Assembly: GCA_032718475.1 (NCBI GenBank)
Contig: JAUCBJ010000837.1
Span: forward strand, 1 to 64,000
Length of the DNA stretch: 64,000 nucleotides
Origin: Nemertoderma westbladi
Taxonomy: Eukaryota; Animalia; Xenacoelomorpha
Direction: 5' to 3'
Both the position numbers and the translations under genes were made by a program. The notes beneath the pieces are model-generated. The model was given only the letters and a program-made list of their open reading frames with translations, ran no database searches and had not been told where the DNA came from. This document shows, piece after piece, positions 1 through 12,611 of this stretch. Each line of letters opens with the position of its first letter. The first letter of the stretch is position 1.

Positions 1-1210
1 GCTCGCGCGAGTTGGGCTATAGAAAATTCGCTGCTCGATATACGCGGCGTAATGGTACGTATATGGGCTTCTTAACTACTGGTCATTCTATCAATTTACA
101 CAATACGGACTATGTCGACTATATATCCTGCCCGGCGGAGTCGGAACCATAAGCTGAAATTCGAATGCGAAATTTCTATTCGAAATCGGCTCGAAAGAAA
201 AGACATTAAAGAAACAAATAAACGCGGTAACTCCAACATATATTTGGAATTCTTGATAGAAGCATTGTAACAACAAATAAATATCATCCGCGTTTACCCT
301 ACCAGACGTGCGTCTTTGGTATTATTACGATAAATGCCCTAGACCCAACTAATAAACGGAAAGACATAAACATCCACGTAAACCGAAACTTGTTGACGTA
401 TCACCTATGCTCACTCGGCTCGAACGATCCTGGAGTAAACCTACGATCAGAGTCCCGGAGTACTCGGTCAAACCTCCTCATTCCTTAGTTGGACCTCAGA
501 CCTGCGATCTTGGTGGTGTCGCGGATCCTCGCGGACTGTATTCACTGTTCAAAGATCTAGTGCTACCCTAACAATTAATCGGTAACACTCCGACAGTGAT
601 TTCTAGCTAGCCGCCCATCTTACCTAGCCGGATTGTGACGCGGACACCTAATATCACTATCCAACCGTATGGTCGTCCACGCTTAACGCGATACAACCCC
701 TCATCAAGGTGAAGGAGAGCGTTGTACGAAACGAGTTAAACGCTATTTTATAAAGATCAAAAGGGAAACCTGCGCTTGTTCAGATAAACGTAAGTTATCA
801 CAGTGAGTCCAATCGATACACGAATTGGCCTTATCTCAATTCGTTTGGGAAATCCAGAATCTCTAAGAAGTTATCGAACTTGGACGATCCTATTTTCTGC
901 GAGAGTTTTTGGATGAACGTATCCAGCTACGAGCGGAGGAAAATCAGCTCGAGGAGAAGCATATCGAAACGGCAGATACCTCGACCACAATCCTACACCT
1001 TCTGATGCAATCATATTGCACCCTTCACCCAGGAGTTATGGCCCTCCTAGTAAAGTGGCTCCCCCCAAAGAGAAAAAGACTCTTGCTAGCCTCAAAAAAC
1101 TGCGTAAACGCCGTCTGCGTAAGAAAGACTAACTGTTTAGAGTATCTTTGTGTTTTAGAAACTGTGATTTTTATATTTTATAGACTGAAAATCCCATTTT
1201 CTGGGAGCGG
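1..1210 (+). pseudogene. Decayed, internally deleted accessory-ORF region of a diverged relative of the giant BEL/Pao element
   Basis: 1-965 aligns by eye to ~32410-33615 and ~966-1210 to ~36310-36577 (e.g. aatggtacgtatatgg, gttcaaagatctagtg, tagcctcaaaaaactgcgtaaacgccgtc). It has stops and deletions and ends in the same PPT ctgggagcgg. Confidence 0.9.
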
Positions 1211-2430
1211 TGTAAAAGCCTTTGCTGAATTGCCCCGTTATTTTTATTATCTTTTACATTAAAATACTCTGTAGTTGATTTAATAAGTGTAAGAGACCGT
1301 ATTATTGCTGTATCTGTGTTTTTAGAGGATCTAAGACCTATTTCCTCCGTATGTGTACTGTGAAAGGCATATTTTATGATTCTATGGCAATTCGTGACGC
1401 AAAAGGGTGATAGCTACTCTTGAACAGTAGTTACTATGACTACGGTTAACAGCTGACATTCATACGTGTTGATTTCCTTTGTTCTACGGCGTCTCTCAGC
1501 TCAGTCAGCCAATGAGAGCGTTTTTGTGGCTCCTTGTACAGAGAATTTCCGAGAAATGACGCAATGCCTATGTGCAGTGTTTACATTCAGTCTTGAGCCA
1601 AAGAAAGAACGGCTTGGAAGTATTTTTGTGCTGTACTGCTTTTTAGTCGTACACTGGTAGGTTTAATTATAAAGGGCATATATCCTTTAACATACAAAAC
1701 AACTGACTACTTGAATATCTCATGCCTATGTGCAGTACATACCGGTACTGACTTGTTGTTTTATACTGCTATTTGCTGTCAGTTCTTCATAATATGGTTG
1801 ATGAATAATTATATTTGGAATAACGATAAATAACCCCGCAACCCAATATTCTTGATATACCTAAGGTAAGAGAGAAGGGTTACAAATAAACGATTGTGAC
1901 TTATGTTAAAGTGGTTTGAAGTGAATCTAATGTTATTTGATAGACCCTACATGATTCAGTCTGTGTTCCTTTTATATGTGACTAAAATCAGTGAAGATTG
2001 GCAGATTAGTGTGCAGTATTGTGCAGCATTGTGTATGAGTGAGTCTGTTAAAGAAGCAATTCCTAAAGAATGCGCCATATATGTGAATTATAATTAAGCC
2101 ATATCGTTGTGAGTAGTTTAAGTCATAACTCTGTTTATATAGATAAAGCGCCACGTCCTAAAGGAACTGTTAATATTACCGAAGGTGAATAATATTGTCA
2201 GAGATTATATATTACTGTCAGTCGAATAATACATTAGGCTTACATAGCAATAAAAATTAAACCGTCGAACCCAATCTCCCGGGAATATCCAGCGGGTGAA
2301 TGGTCGCGCACGGATTGGTTTCGACTAGTGTAGTGAATCAAATACTTGTCATAGACTAAAAAGCGATTTATTATCTAGAAGACATTCTAATTTGGCGGGT
2401 TAAACTGCCAAAGGTCTGAAAGCGCGAACA
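1211..2430 (+). mobile_element. 3' LTR of a diverged BEL/Pao subfamily copy
   Basis: Starts TGTAAAAGC right after PPT ctgggagcgg and ends GAAAGCGCGAACA. Shares conserved blocks with the LTRs at 18948 and 36578. Confidence 0.93.
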
Positions 2431-2727
2431 GGGTGGAACAAGTGGCCTCTGTCCATCACCTCATTTTGGAGTACATATATCTTATCTTGAGAATGGCTTG
2501 TTGAAATAACATAAAATTAGTACTGATGGTTCCCTACCATATAATGCAACTTTTGAACTAGAATTAAGAACATATGATAGTGATTGTATGTTATGGTACT
2601 TTTTGTGAGAAAAGGGATGTGTTTTTTTTCAATTCCCTATTTTTGTGATTTTTTTTTCAAAAAATGTCAAATATCCATAAGATATAGTCAAGGGGTAACC
2701 ATTTTTTGTTCAAAAGTTGCATAAGAC

Positions 2728-3008
2728 CAGGTTCCACCTTGGTGTAGTGGTTGCATTGAATTCACATCTCCCGTAGGTCGTGGGTTCGATCCTCACATGG
2801 GCCAGGGCAGTTTTCGTTTCGGCACGAATGCTTTAAAGGGACCAGCCAGGGCTCATCTCTGCCTTGCATCCTTAAGTGGTAGCTAAATGAGTACTGGAGT
2901 TTCCTCTGGGGAGTAAAGTTCTGGGGGGACCGCACTGGAAATAAGTCGTCAGACTTTGTGCGTAATCCCTGGCCTATCGGCCGAAGAAAATTTACTTTTA
3001 CTTTACTT
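2728..3008 (+). mobile_element. tRNA-derived SINE
   Basis: A box (tggtgtagtgg), B box (ggttcgatcc), central core gccttgcatcc...taaatgagtac resembling MetaSINE-type cores, (TTTAC)n tail and possible TAAGAC TSD. Second copy at 58209. Confidence 0.8.
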
Positions 3009-3224
3009 TAAGACGATATCAAGGTTCTATATATATAATTAGATAAATTACAATTACCTTCCGCTGAGAATGATCTGTGACTGAATAACTTATTTATTTT
3101 ATTATTATTTTTTAAACGGCCTTTTATCCTATATGTATATCTATATTTTACTTCGAAATATTTGTTGGTGCTAATTTTAACTCAATTATGAATCGATTAA
3201 ATACTGATACATTCAATAGAACGG

Positions 3225-4330
3225 TTAGCAAATTAAATGCGTTGGTTCCGTCATCATCAGGACTGCCTCACAGTCTTTATCACCAAACTCCTCACTAATA
3301 GCATGTATAGCAGATTCAATACCAGCCGGATGTCCAGCTGCTGTCTGGCATGGTCCGGCTGCACACTGGATTTCTTCCTGAAGGCAAGTAATAATTAGCT
3401 TACCTATTAACCTTTTGAGACTCTCTCCCACTCCTATTGGGCGTTTAAGGGGATCAACTTGGAAGCTACCAGAGCCTCAACAGAGTAGGGATCTATAAAC
3501 TCAGTTGCTAGGCATTGTGCTACCCTTGCAATCGTTCGACAGAGGTCAGTTGAATGGGGACGAAACTCTTTAGAGCAGAGAATGCGCTTCAAGCATTCTG
3601 CATCAAGACCTGAAGGGCCTGCACCACCACGCAGTTGTAATGCAGCCTTAAACACAAATTCTTCATCTATTGCAGCAAAAGTGCTGGGGGGAACTGAATC
3701 AATGAGCCCTCTCAATGCCGAATCAAGTGAGAACTTGGCTGCCTGTGGGTGCTTAGCTTTCAGCTCATCTATTACACTGCTATTTAGTTCAAGAAACCCT
3801 CCAGCAGAATTGTCTAACAGTCTCAGTGCTGCAAACCTTTCCTGCAAACATGAGCTTGCTGAATAATGTTGCATTGTCTTCAGGATGACGTTTGGGATAT
3901 GATTCCTGTAATTTTGATTGGATTGCAGCAGCGTCTCTAAGAAGTGAATCAAACTCACCATTGGCCCACTGTTATTGTCGTAATGTCAAGATCCAGCTAT
4001 GCTCAGCTGCCTTAGATTTCGCATGAGGCTTTTGAAGGAGCAGATGGGGCATTACTGCTACAAGCTTAAATGCTACACCGTCGAGAGGTGAAGCTGTTGA
4101 CCATCTGCCTAAGATGCGGTTCATCTCCACAACATAGTCCTTTCCTGCCCTACCTGAAGGCAGTTTGAAACAGTTTTTACGGCAATGGGATACAGTGGTG
4201 TAGAGGGAATCTACCATGTTACAAATCTCTGCACCTGAAATCAAACCCCAGAGAAACGATTGTTTGTGAGCTGGGATGAAGTTAGGTAGACTGGGTTCTG
4301 GTGCAGGTAAAGCGCTGGCATTGTCAGTAA
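3225..4330 (-). pseudogene. CRE-like (RLE-type) non-LTR retrotransposon, N-terminal RT region, fragmented
   Basis: Motifs RKNCFKLPSGRAGKDYV, PHLLLQKP, ELKAKHP, GAGPSGLDAE, KLIPL, GESLKRLIGK and GIESAIHA across ORFs 3972-4589, 3434-3961 and 3225-3431. Confidence 0.75.
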
Positions 4331-4429
4331 TCTTTGTGTATGGTATAGGATAGGCTTGTACTAGAGGTTTTTGTTGGTCTGGTTTGGGTCTGAAAGATGA
4401 ATTTATCTTTTGTGGCTCTTGGAATTGCT

Positions 4430-4589
4430 TGCACAGTATGCAAATAAAGGAAGCTTCCTTTGTGGCAACCTGAAAGAACGTCTTTTTCGTAAGACCCTGA
4501 CATGAACCATGGTACCTGTAAGAACAACTACTGCAAGTGGTTGTCCACTTGCGACCATATGGAAGCAGGCAAGATGGGCAAGAAGGCAC
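4430..4589 (-). CDS. PHD finger upstream of the CRE-like RT
   Basis: CPSC...CSSC..RYHGSC...FICILC matches the C4HC3 spacing and lies in the same ORF as the CRE N-terminal motifs. Confidence 0.8.
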
Positions 4590-4719
4590 TGTAGGTTCAT
4601 TATCAGGGGCCGAGTTTCGCCGAGTAGCTTTTCCACTCCCTCTTGGGGGTAGTGTACCTCTGAAGTGGACTTTGAGACTAAAGGGCGGCCTTCTTTTTGT
4701 TTCACAGCATTTTCTCTGA

Positions 4720-5075
4720 CTACCACTGAAAGTTCTAGTCTGTATTTATTTATAGTAGAGTCATTAGTACTTGGAAACTGTGCAACAGAACCTTCCAGGC
4801 ACATTTTGGCATACCTGCATACATAGATCCCACACTGATAGCTATTGTATTGTACCCTAGGTACTGATGGCTCGGTGTAGATGTCTGGTATGGTTATATC
4901 ATACCTCTTGGCCTCAAGGGTTATCCATTCGGACAAATTGTTAACAATTTGTTTGTTAAAACCCCCAAGTGAGTCAAAGTACTGAATAGACGAACGCAGG
5001 GGGCAGAGGATAGCTAATACCCAGTGGTTGTTGTTGAGATTTGTGGGGAAGAATATTGTTGGAAGAATAGTGTAT
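4720..5075 (-). CDS. Ulp1/SENP-like (C48) cysteine protease domain
   Basis: IFFPTNLNNNHWVLAIL...IQYFDSLGG...PRVQYNSYQCGIYVCRYA contains the His-Asp-Cys triad plus the oxyanion Gln. Confidence 0.85.
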
Positions 5076-5084
5076 TTGTTCGTT

Positions 5085-6370
5085 GGAATCATTTTCAGGG
5101 CCATGGTGGAAGAGGCATTTTTTGGCAAACCAAGAAGACGTTTCACATAAGTTGATTTGATAATATCAATTTGTATAAGGTTTGCGAGAGTAAAGAATTT
5201 GGCGATCTCTGTGAAGGCATAATTAACCATAGAGTCTATTTTCATTTGGAAGATAGTTAGAATAGTGTTAACAGAAACATGGTGAAGATCTTTTAGGCCT
5301 CCTATGGCTGAGAGAGCTTTCCTTTTCTTCTGGATTATGTGTCGTGAGAACGATAACGATGGTTGTAGGGTGACCCCTAGGTATTCGTATTTGTTGCATA
5401 ATGGTACTTGGATGCCGTTGTAGTAGAATACATCTGCCCTGGATGTTCGACTGCCTTTTCTAAATTTAATTATTTTGGTTTTCCCCATATTTAATTACAT
5501 CGAGTTTTTAATGGACCATTTGTTGTAGATTTCGTTTAGTGCGTTTTGGTCACTGTTCTTTAGCTAGTATATAACTAGGTCGTCAGCAAAAAATATGAAT
5601 CTTATGGTGGAAGCTATTTGTTGGAGAACTTGTGCCAGGTCCGCAATAAACATCAGGAAGCAAGAAGGTGACAAAGAATCCCCTTGCAAAATACCCCGAA
5701 GTTGAACAATTACATTAGAAAATTTGATACAGTCAACGATTTTCACAGAGTATTTCAAGAGGGCCTTTATTAGATTGCGTGTTTTTCCTTTGATGCCAAA
5801 GATTTTGTAGATTATATACACTAGAATAGTTATGTTTACCAATCAAAGACTTTTCTGAAGTCTATAAATAGGACAAATATTGTTTTCTGTGAGTTGTGTG
5901 ACGTCGGGGCTTTGATTGTTGCAGATATATCCGATAGTAGAAGCTTTATAGCATGTATGGCTGATCTTCCCTGTCGGAACCCGAACTGCATAGCAGGGAG
6001 TAGACCTTCTATATGTGCGATAACCCGTATGTTGATAACCTTTGTGAGGATTTTGAGAAAATCACTAATGAGAGCTATTCCCCGATAGTTGTCCAGGGCT
6101 GATTTGCTTCCCTTTCCTTTATACAGTAGTTTAATTATACTAATTGCCCAACTTATTGGAATTTTTCCGACGTTCAAACATGCGTTGAAGAGGATCACTA
6201 GTATGTGGAGAATTACTGGAAGTTATGCTTTCACGTGCTCGTAATATATTATATCGGGCCCGCATGCCTTGTGGTTCGAAGTGCAGTTAACAGCTTCGGA
6301 GATTTCCGCCTCAGTAATTGGTTTATTGTACCAGGCATCATCCTCTTTCTCAGCGTCAGTTACTTCCGGG
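5085..6370 (-). pseudogene. Fragmented LINE reverse transcriptase (CR1/L2/Daphne-like; clade uncertain)
   Basis: KGKG...DNYRGIAL, QFGFRQGRS, FIDFRKVFD, GILQGDSLSP, FADDLV, KTKIIKFRKG and YEYLGV, spread over three broken ORFs. Confidence 0.88.
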
Positions 6371-6964
6371 GTTTAATATTTTTTTTTTAGTTTCATAGTT
6401 TCATATTATTGTACAGTAGATAATGGTCTAGTTATGTGAATACGGCCTTAGGCCTAACTAAGGACGCTCATTCTTTAATTTGATTAGACATGGCACAGTT
6501 TGTAGGATATCAGTACAGCAGTACCATCACTGCACCTATTCGCATGCGATAGGCCTACAGGACGAAGTTCAGACTCTGCTTTTCCGCTTTATTCTGTTTA
6601 ATATCATTTTAAACTACAATGACTTATCATATTTTTGTGAGCAATAAATATCACTGTTATCGAACTGATAATGCCAGGTGACAACCGAGACCCATGATGT
6701 TTCATCTTACAATCACCAGTGCCCAAGTACGACCTCGACACTGAGAAGGATTCCTCGCCATTGTGGAAGGATGATTGAGGCGCATTTACCATTTCATCCA
6801 GGCTGGTGAATCTCTACACAGAGGACTCTTCCCCAAACCCCAATGCAACAGTAACAGCCACCATGGCACGACTCTAACTGCTGCCCACAATTACAGGGTG
6901 TGTTCCCCTGCCACACCAACAGCATCAATAAGGGTCTCGCTCGCATCGCCATTTCAATCACAGC

Positions 6965-8100
6965 TGTTAAAGCTTTTGCGGACATAACAAGTCATTTTTA
7001 CGCAATGCGCAGAATACTCTAAAATAGCCCTAAATTTATCCAACTACGCGATGGGAAGGAATTAGAACCAAGATGACGAAATCTGTCAGCTGATTCTTTG
7101 TGGACGTGGAAGTTCTTTGTTCTGCCTTATTCAGCCAATCAGAGCAATTTTCACTTTATATCTAACAGAAACCTATGGAAACTCGCGCAATGCATTACGG
7201 TCTTTGTTTAATATTTTCTGAGCATCAGAACCAACTCAGAATTTTCTGTGCTTCTGTGCGGAAGTTTCAGACTTTGGCCTAGGAACATCAGATGGCCTTG
7301 GTTATAAGAACGTAAATCTATTAACATTGAACATTTACTTAACTTAACTCCTCTGCATACTACCGAACATTTCATAACTGCATAAGTAACACATACTGAC
7401 TGTTCACCGCATTATTTTACTTCTGTTTATAGTATTAATTGTTGTTATATTAATGGATATTGATGTTATATTTGGAGAATACCGATAAATAATCATAAAC
7501 CCCTCAATCTTATTGATTACTGAGGTAAGAGGAATAGAGTTTACCGGTAGCAACTGCGACTTAAATTATAGTGGTTTTGTGTGAATTAAATGCTATTTCA
7601 TAATCCCTACATGTGTCAGTTGCGATCCTCCTTATATATGATCAAATTCAGTGACGGTCGGCAGATTAGTGCGAACTAGTGTAAAGTAGTGTGAAGTAGT
7701 GTGAAGTAGTGTGAAGGTTAATAAAGCATCTCCTAAAGAATGCGCTATTTACGAAACTCTGTGGCCATCTAGTTGTGATTAGTATAAGTCATAACTCTGT
7801 TTTTATACTTAAAGCGCCACGTCCTAAAGGAACTGTTAATATTTCCCCGAAAGTAAATATAGTTGTCAGAGATTATATAGTAGCGATCAATCGAATAATA
7901 CAGTAGGTCTACACTGCAATAACTCCCAAGGAATCCGAATCCAGTCTCCCACACCGTGGGTCATACGCCGCGCACGGACTGGCTTCGGCTGATGTAACTT
8001 CAGTACACTAGGTAATTGGTAAAAGGCTAAAGTCGATTTATAAACAAGAGGACAACTAAAATTGGCAGGTTAAACTGCTAAAGGTCTAAAAGCGCGAACA
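6965..8100 (+). mobile_element. Solo LTR of a third subfamily of the same BEL/Pao family
   Basis: TGTTAAAGCTTTTGCGG ... AAAGCGCGAACA, flanked by a 5-bp TSD ACAGC (6960-6964 and 8101-8105). Confidence 0.95.
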
Positions 8101-8649
8101 ACAGCCGATTTTCTTTTTCACGCTCCAACCCTATTGTCACCATTTGTGCACCACTTGGAATAATAATCTTCCCAATGAGTATGTATTTTGTGAATAGAAT
8201 TGTAGTTTCTACCACCATATGTTAGTTTTATATAGACATTCTTGTTAGTATACTTGTTAAAATATTATTCAAATATTATTCATATTTGTTATAGTAGTAC
8301 TTTTGTGTCGGATAGATGTTAGGTCGTTATCATATTTAGTAACTTGTGATTACTGTTGTACAGTAGTAAGAGTTGTGCAAATCTTAATTGCATTGGTAAT
8401 TTATGCGGAATTCTAGAACTGGATAAATTAGATATAAATGCAATTTCTACGTCAGAGCTGCACTATGCCAGAAAGTGGGAGAGAATTCACCAAGGCCTAG
8501 GCAGGGAATTCTGAAATCTTTGGTTTTGAATAATATAATGTTAGCCTATGGGTGACATGCTATGTTAATCTAGAATTATTCCATATTACAATATTAATAT
8601 TAATAGTAACAATGTGTTGGCAAGCTGAATTTATCGAGGTGTTTGTTAT

Positions 8650-8948
8650 TATACATTTATTATAGAAAGGGATCTAGAGGTCTTAACCTCGAATGATGAG
8701 TTTTTATTTTACCGAAAATAACTTATCTTTTATTGGCGCAATTGTAGGACTAATCCCATCACATGCGTACTTTTTAATCGGGTAGTGTACAAATTTAAAG
8801 TTTTTAAAGTTTACAATTTTAAAAAGTATGCATGTGTTGGGATTAGTCCTACAATTGCGCCAATAAAAGATAAGTTATTTTCGGCAAAATAAAAAAACTT
8901 ATCATTCGAGGTTAAGACCCCTAGATCCCTTCCTATAATAAATGTATA
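8650..8948. mobile_element. Palindromic MITE (about 130-bp inverted arms, TA ends)
   Basis: 8650-8778 is the near-perfect reverse complement of ~8817-8948. Ends are TA-CATTT...AAATG-TA. The same end motif recurs near 47066. Confidence 0.8.
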
Positions 8949-9115
8949 CTATTAATATTATAATACTATTTTTTTAAATATATATTGCAACATTATTGCG
9001 GGTGGAAACTGGAGAAAAAACTTCTCTAAATCTTGTTCTAATCTTTATATACATATGCTGTACTTATTATTTTATAATAATGTAACATAACAATAATAAT
9101 CATAAATAAACTAAA

Positions 9116-9777
9116 CTAACCTTTTATTCCATGATGGGACAACTGATGAAAAGTCTCCTGAAGTTCTTCCTCTGATAGGTAGCAGTTGTAATACCGTGCA
9201 TGGGCAATATATCCGGGATATGCATGTCCACCTTGAAGACGTTTCCCTAAATTAAGATCACTAGACATATCTACAGGACATCTTTCAGTGTTCACTGTTT
9301 CAACCTCCTTTCTGAGTTGGACATTAGTACCTACACGTCGGCTGTAAATGAATTGTTGCCTATTCACCTCACTTCTTCCAATAGCAACCATATGCCATTC
9401 ATCTAGAACAACAGCACTGGTAACTTCTTGTCCTGCAACACCAGTAATCATGGGATTGTACCACAGGGAGGTGATTGCACCATGACTCCAGAAATGTGAA
9501 CCAATTGATGAACTCGAACCAAATTCATATATCGGTCCAGTTCCTCCTCCACCCCTCTTTACAAACATCAACATTGTAAATGTCTCAGAGGTTAATTCAT
9601 CACTCCCATGGCCAATTGACACATAACCATGATGAAATCCCATTGCTTGATCTTCAATCCCCCCTGGTCCTGGACCATATTTTACAGCTCCATGCAATAT
9701 CCCATTGAATTTACCTAGTTTTTCATCACCACGATCGTCATAATTTAAAGGCCACCATGATTTATATTCACAATCAT
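9116..9777 (-). CDS. Probable terminal exon of a host gene encoding a concanavalin A-like/LamG (pentraxin-like) jelly-roll domain
   Basis: Open frame from an AG acceptor (9779-9778) to the stop at 9116. WWPLN..., FTMLMFVK, DEWHMVAI, LNLG, YPGYIAHARYYNCYLSEEEL follow the Laminin_G_3 pattern. Confidence 0.75.
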
Positions 9778-10504
9778 CTATTAAATTAATTTGTAAATTA
9801 TAATTTGGTAAATATAGTAGTTAGTAGTCATCCACCACAGTGGAATTTCATTGCTTTTAAGTTTACATTAACTGTTGGTATCGCTATAAGAGTTAATTTA
9901 TCTATGACAAAAAGTTGCACATTCCACTGATAATTTGCGACTAACATCCAACCTTGATAGTTTAGATCATAACATACCTATCTATTGGGTCGCGCGGGCT
10001 TTGTATAAATGACCTCCATCTGCATTGGAGGATACGCATGTACGTACTGCGCCTAGTGCAGAGTGTGCCTTGCAGAAAAAATGTTGAACACCCAAGAGTT
10101 CGCCCATTGCTCTGCCCAGACATAAATAAAGCCTGTGAAACAATATGCTAGTGTAAGTCTTCATAGGAGATGATAATAATGCGATTGCTTTTTAGGAATT
10201 AGAGCAGGATCTTCTTTCGCCTTTATAAAAAGGGTAGGATGGAATTAAACCTGGATATCGGAGAGGTCAATTAAGTAATACAAACCAAAGACAAACCAAA
10301 GACAAAAAGAATGGGAGTAGATGACTTTTTAGACCTTGGTTGGTAATACCATAATGGAGCTTTAAAAGACTTTTTACAGTTATACTCTCTTTTCCAGTAA
10401 TACTTTTCTCAGTTTGGATTATCTAGCATAAGATTTTAGTTATGAATTAATTGTTATCAATTCTGGGCAGCTGATGTTTCTCCTCCCTGGACAATAAGTG
10501 GGAG

Positions 10505-10732
10505 AAATGTTTCTGCCAGCTTTCTGTATAAACCTTGTTTCTTTCATGCATTTAAGTAAATTCCAGAAAAGTTCTACCAGCTTTCTGTAGAAACCTTGTT
10601 TCTTTCATGCATTTAAGTAAATTCCAGAAAAGTTATGTCAGCTTTCTGTAGAAACCTTGTTTCTTTCATGGATTAAAGAAACTTCAAGAAATGTTTCTGA
10701 CAGCTTTCTGTAGAAACTCTTTCATGGATTAA
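10505..10732. repeat. About 59-bp minisatellite, interrupted by a piggyBac-like insertion and resuming at 12290-12342
   Basis: Repeated agctttctgtagaaaccttgtttctttcatg units on both sides of the insertion. Confidence 0.8.
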
Positions 10733-10734
10733 AA

Positions 10735-12289
10735 CCCTATTAAACCCGGGGGGGGGGGGTCAATATGACCCTCCCCGTGGTTTTTTTGTTATAATTCTGA
10801 AACAAACGCAAATTTTATGACTTTTCCTAAAAATCTATTGTCTTCCTAGTAGTGAAAACCGTTTTCAAAAATATTGGGTACTTTTCGAGTTATAGCACCA
10901 TTTTTGAACCCTACTTTTGGCACTTTTTTTGAGACGTTTTTTGAAAATTACATTTCATTAAATATGAATTGTAACATCTCAATTTTTTATTTACACCGGT
11001 TTTTTGGTGTTAGAAATTGGATGGAATTCATATAAATTGATTTAGAAATTTCAAACTTGTTTTTTTTCGGTGGGTGCCAAATTTTGGTGCCAGCACCAAA
11101 TTTTGAAATAAGTCAATTTTGTAAATAGATTGTTTGAAACTTGTTTTTTACGCAATTAGGGTTTTTTGGGGTTCTGGATTCGATGAAATATATACGAGTT
11201 GCACCAAGCGTATCAAACTTGTATTTTTCGGTGCTGTGTGCAAATTTTGGTGCTAGCACGAAATTTTGAAAATCCATTCAATAGATAAAATTGCTTGTGA
11301 CAATTTATTTCTTGCGTTTTAGAGGTTTATGGCTGTTCTGAATTCAATGGAAAATATAATTATCGAACTAGACATCTCAAACTTGTATTTTTCGGATGTG
11401 GGTGCAAAATGTGGTGCTAGCACCAAATTTTGAAAACCATCAAATATATCAATTGATTGTGTCACCTTGTTTCTTGCGTTATACGGGTTTGTGATGGTTC
11501 TGAATTTAATGGAATCAGTAAAAATTTCATAAGAGTTCTCAAACTTTTATTTTTCGCCGGTGGGTGAAAATTGTTGTGCCAGCACCAAATTTTGGAAAAT
11601 ATGCAAACTGATAAGTAGATAGTATCACCTTGTTTCTTGCGTTATACGGGTTTATGAGGGTCCTGAATCCGATGGAAACAATAAAAACAGCACTGGACAT
11701 CGCAAACTTGTACTTTTTGGTGATGGGTACGAAATTTGGTGCTAGCACCAAAATTTGCCAAATTACGCCGAAAAATACAAGTAGCAATGATCTGGCATAT
11801 TAGAAATGTATTCCATTAGAATCAGCGCCCTCGAAAACCTGAAAATGTGAATTTATAGCATCGTATAAGTGAATTAAAAATTTTGTGTTCTAACTGAAAA
11901 GTGCTGGTTACTTGTTTTTTTCATTTTTTTCCTACGCAGAGAGGACTAAACAGCCATTTATAGTAATCATATCATTTTTAAATATTTTCCAATGTATTTT
12001 GCACCCCAGAAAACCTGTATTGAAAAATAATTAGCCGAAAATGTAACTTTCAAATTTTGTGAAAATTGTGCACTACTTGTAATTTTGGTGCTGCAATATA
12101 GCCACCCCAGTACATTTTTTCGAAAAATTTTTTTTCGGTCGGATCCAGACAAGTGATACCTACGCACAAACAAAAAATCAGACGTTTTCGTAAATATTTG
12201 TAGATTTTAGAGGGGGGGGGGGGGGTCAATATGACCCCCCCCCCCCCCCCGGTATTTGTACAACATTTTATAGCCCGGTACTAATAGGG
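10735..12289. mobile_element. Non-autonomous piggyBac-like DNA transposon
   Basis: CCCTATTA...TAATAGGG termini with TTAA at 10729-10732 and 12290-12293. Subterminal palindrome Gn-TCAATATGA-Cn near both ends. Internal ~163-bp repeats carry the palindrome aaattttggtgctagcaccaaaattt. Confidence 0.75.
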
Positions 12290-12348
12290 TTAAAGAAACT
12301 TCAAGAAATGTTTCTGACAGCTTTCTGTTGAAACTCTTTCATTTGCGA

Positions 12349-12611
12349 GTCGTAAGACTTGATTACTGTAATAAAAATTGTTTAGCAAGTCGTAAGACTT
12401 GATTACTGTAATAAAAATTGTTTAGCAAATCGTAAGACTTGATTACTGTAATAAAAATTGTTTAGCAAATCGTAAGACTTGATTACTGTAATAAAAATTG
12501 TTTAGCAAGTCGTAAGACTTGATTACTGTAATAAAAATTGTTTAGCAAATCGAAAGACTTGATTACTGTAATAAAAATTGTTTAGCAAATCGTAAGACTT
12601 GATTACTGTAA
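12349..12611. repeat. 40-bp tandem repeat, about 6.5 copies
   Basis: gattactgta recurs at 12361, 12401, 12441, 12481, 12521, 12561 and 12601. Confidence 0.95.

Noticed and set aside
9978-10133. Upstream exon of the LamG gene (AG/GT-bounded segment on the minus strand)
   Set aside because: No frame joins the downstream exon without a stop codon.
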